64,000 nucleotides of DNA, from NCBI RefSeq assembly GCF_963921235.1, contig NC_086108.1:10044001-10108000 (forward strand), in the 5' to 3' direction. A program made the position numbers and the translations under genes. The stretch is from Mobula hypostoma (Eukaryota). The notes under the pieces are model-generated. The model had not been told where the DNA came from. It did not search any database and was given only the letters and a program-made list of their open reading frames with translations. Shown piece by piece: positions 63,073 to 64,000 of this stretch (position 1 is its first letter; the number at the start of each line of letters is the position of its first letter).

Positions 63073-64000
63073 ACACAGAGAAGTTAGTGTATCTCGGCCT
63101 GATCCATTGTTGTGGAAGATTTGGGATCTCCTCATCACAGGTGCCAGAGTTAAATAGCAGAGGGGCACGTGGCATGCCACACTCACTCAGAGTTGGCACT
63201 GTCGCAGCACTAACTGAGGAGTGATCGTGTCTATAACGATCACTTAGGACATTATTATCCTGACAGACACCCTGAGTCCATGACAGATAGTGAGGTTCGT
63301 GCCTGGTGACTCACCCATCACGAGTGCGAGGAGCAGATGGTGCAGACAGGATGTGAGAACAGAGAATTTTTTTCTGAGTCATGAGAACTGGGAGAGGTGG
63401 AGCTTGCACCTTCTCCCTGTGACCCACGTGGGCTTCCCACAGGTGTTCCACCCCCCACACATTCCAGAGACAAGTAGGTTTATCTGGGGGAGCTGATGGG
63501 AACATGGGGAGATTAACATAAGGTTAATGCAGGATTGGTGTAAATAATGGTCAGTTTGGATTTGATGGACCGAAGGGCCTGTTTTCTATTCTGTATCACA
63601 CTGAGAGGGATGATGAGGCCACGATGGACTGGCGGAGCAGACTCGATGGGATGAATGGCCTAAATGTGCTCCTCTGTCTTGTAGTCTTAAGGACCCAGCG
63701 AGAAACAGCAGAGGGCCTTTCAACTCCTTGTGCATGCTGTGGCATTCAGTGGGATCGTGTCTAACCATCTTCCTCTGCATTACCTTCCTGTACTAACCCC
63801 ATGTCTCAACGTTTCCTCAACTACCTCGAGGACTTTGAAAGGTCAGGGCAGAGTGGATGTGGAGAACATGTTTCCTATAGTGTGTGAGGCTTGGACCAGA
63901 CTTCCCCACTGTAGGAAACAACCATTTAGAACAGAGTTGAGGAGAAAGTTACTTAACCAGAGGCTGTGGAATCTGTGGGATCCATTGCCACAGACAGCTG

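Overview
Repeat-dense eukaryotic DNA, probably an intron or intergenic region. I recognised no host protein-coding exon, rRNA, tRNA gene or CRISPR array. The repeat content points to a cartilaginous fish, most likely a ray (inference): CR1/HER1-type LINEs, V-SINE/HE1-like SINEs, Rex1/Babar LINEs and Penelope-like elements. Nearly all ORFs in the track are decayed retroelement fragments, their antisense shadows, or products of low-complexity sequence. Highlights: (1) about a dozen Penelope-like fragments, several carrying a minimal type I hammerhead ribozyme motif, one of them inside a perfect 40-bp inverted repeat; (2) a hAT element with a 6-bp TSD and a nested Charlie-type hAT, both inside a C-rich satellite; (3) a Rex1 element split by a 5.3-kb cassette (full-length CR1, 1 kb of extra DNA, second CR1 tail) that looks like a CR1 3' transduction; (4) a Dong/R4-clade LINE flanked by (TAA)n; (5) two solo LTRs with clean TSDs and a Gypsy integrase remnant with a probable 3' LTR; (6) an internally deleted Tigger with a ~250-bp internal palindrome; (7) minisatellites that arose inside retroelements, one with an emerging 268-bp higher-order repeat; (8) a 2.6-kb CA-rich tract. 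Family assignments come from motif recognition by eye, not database searches. Boundaries of old copies are approximate.
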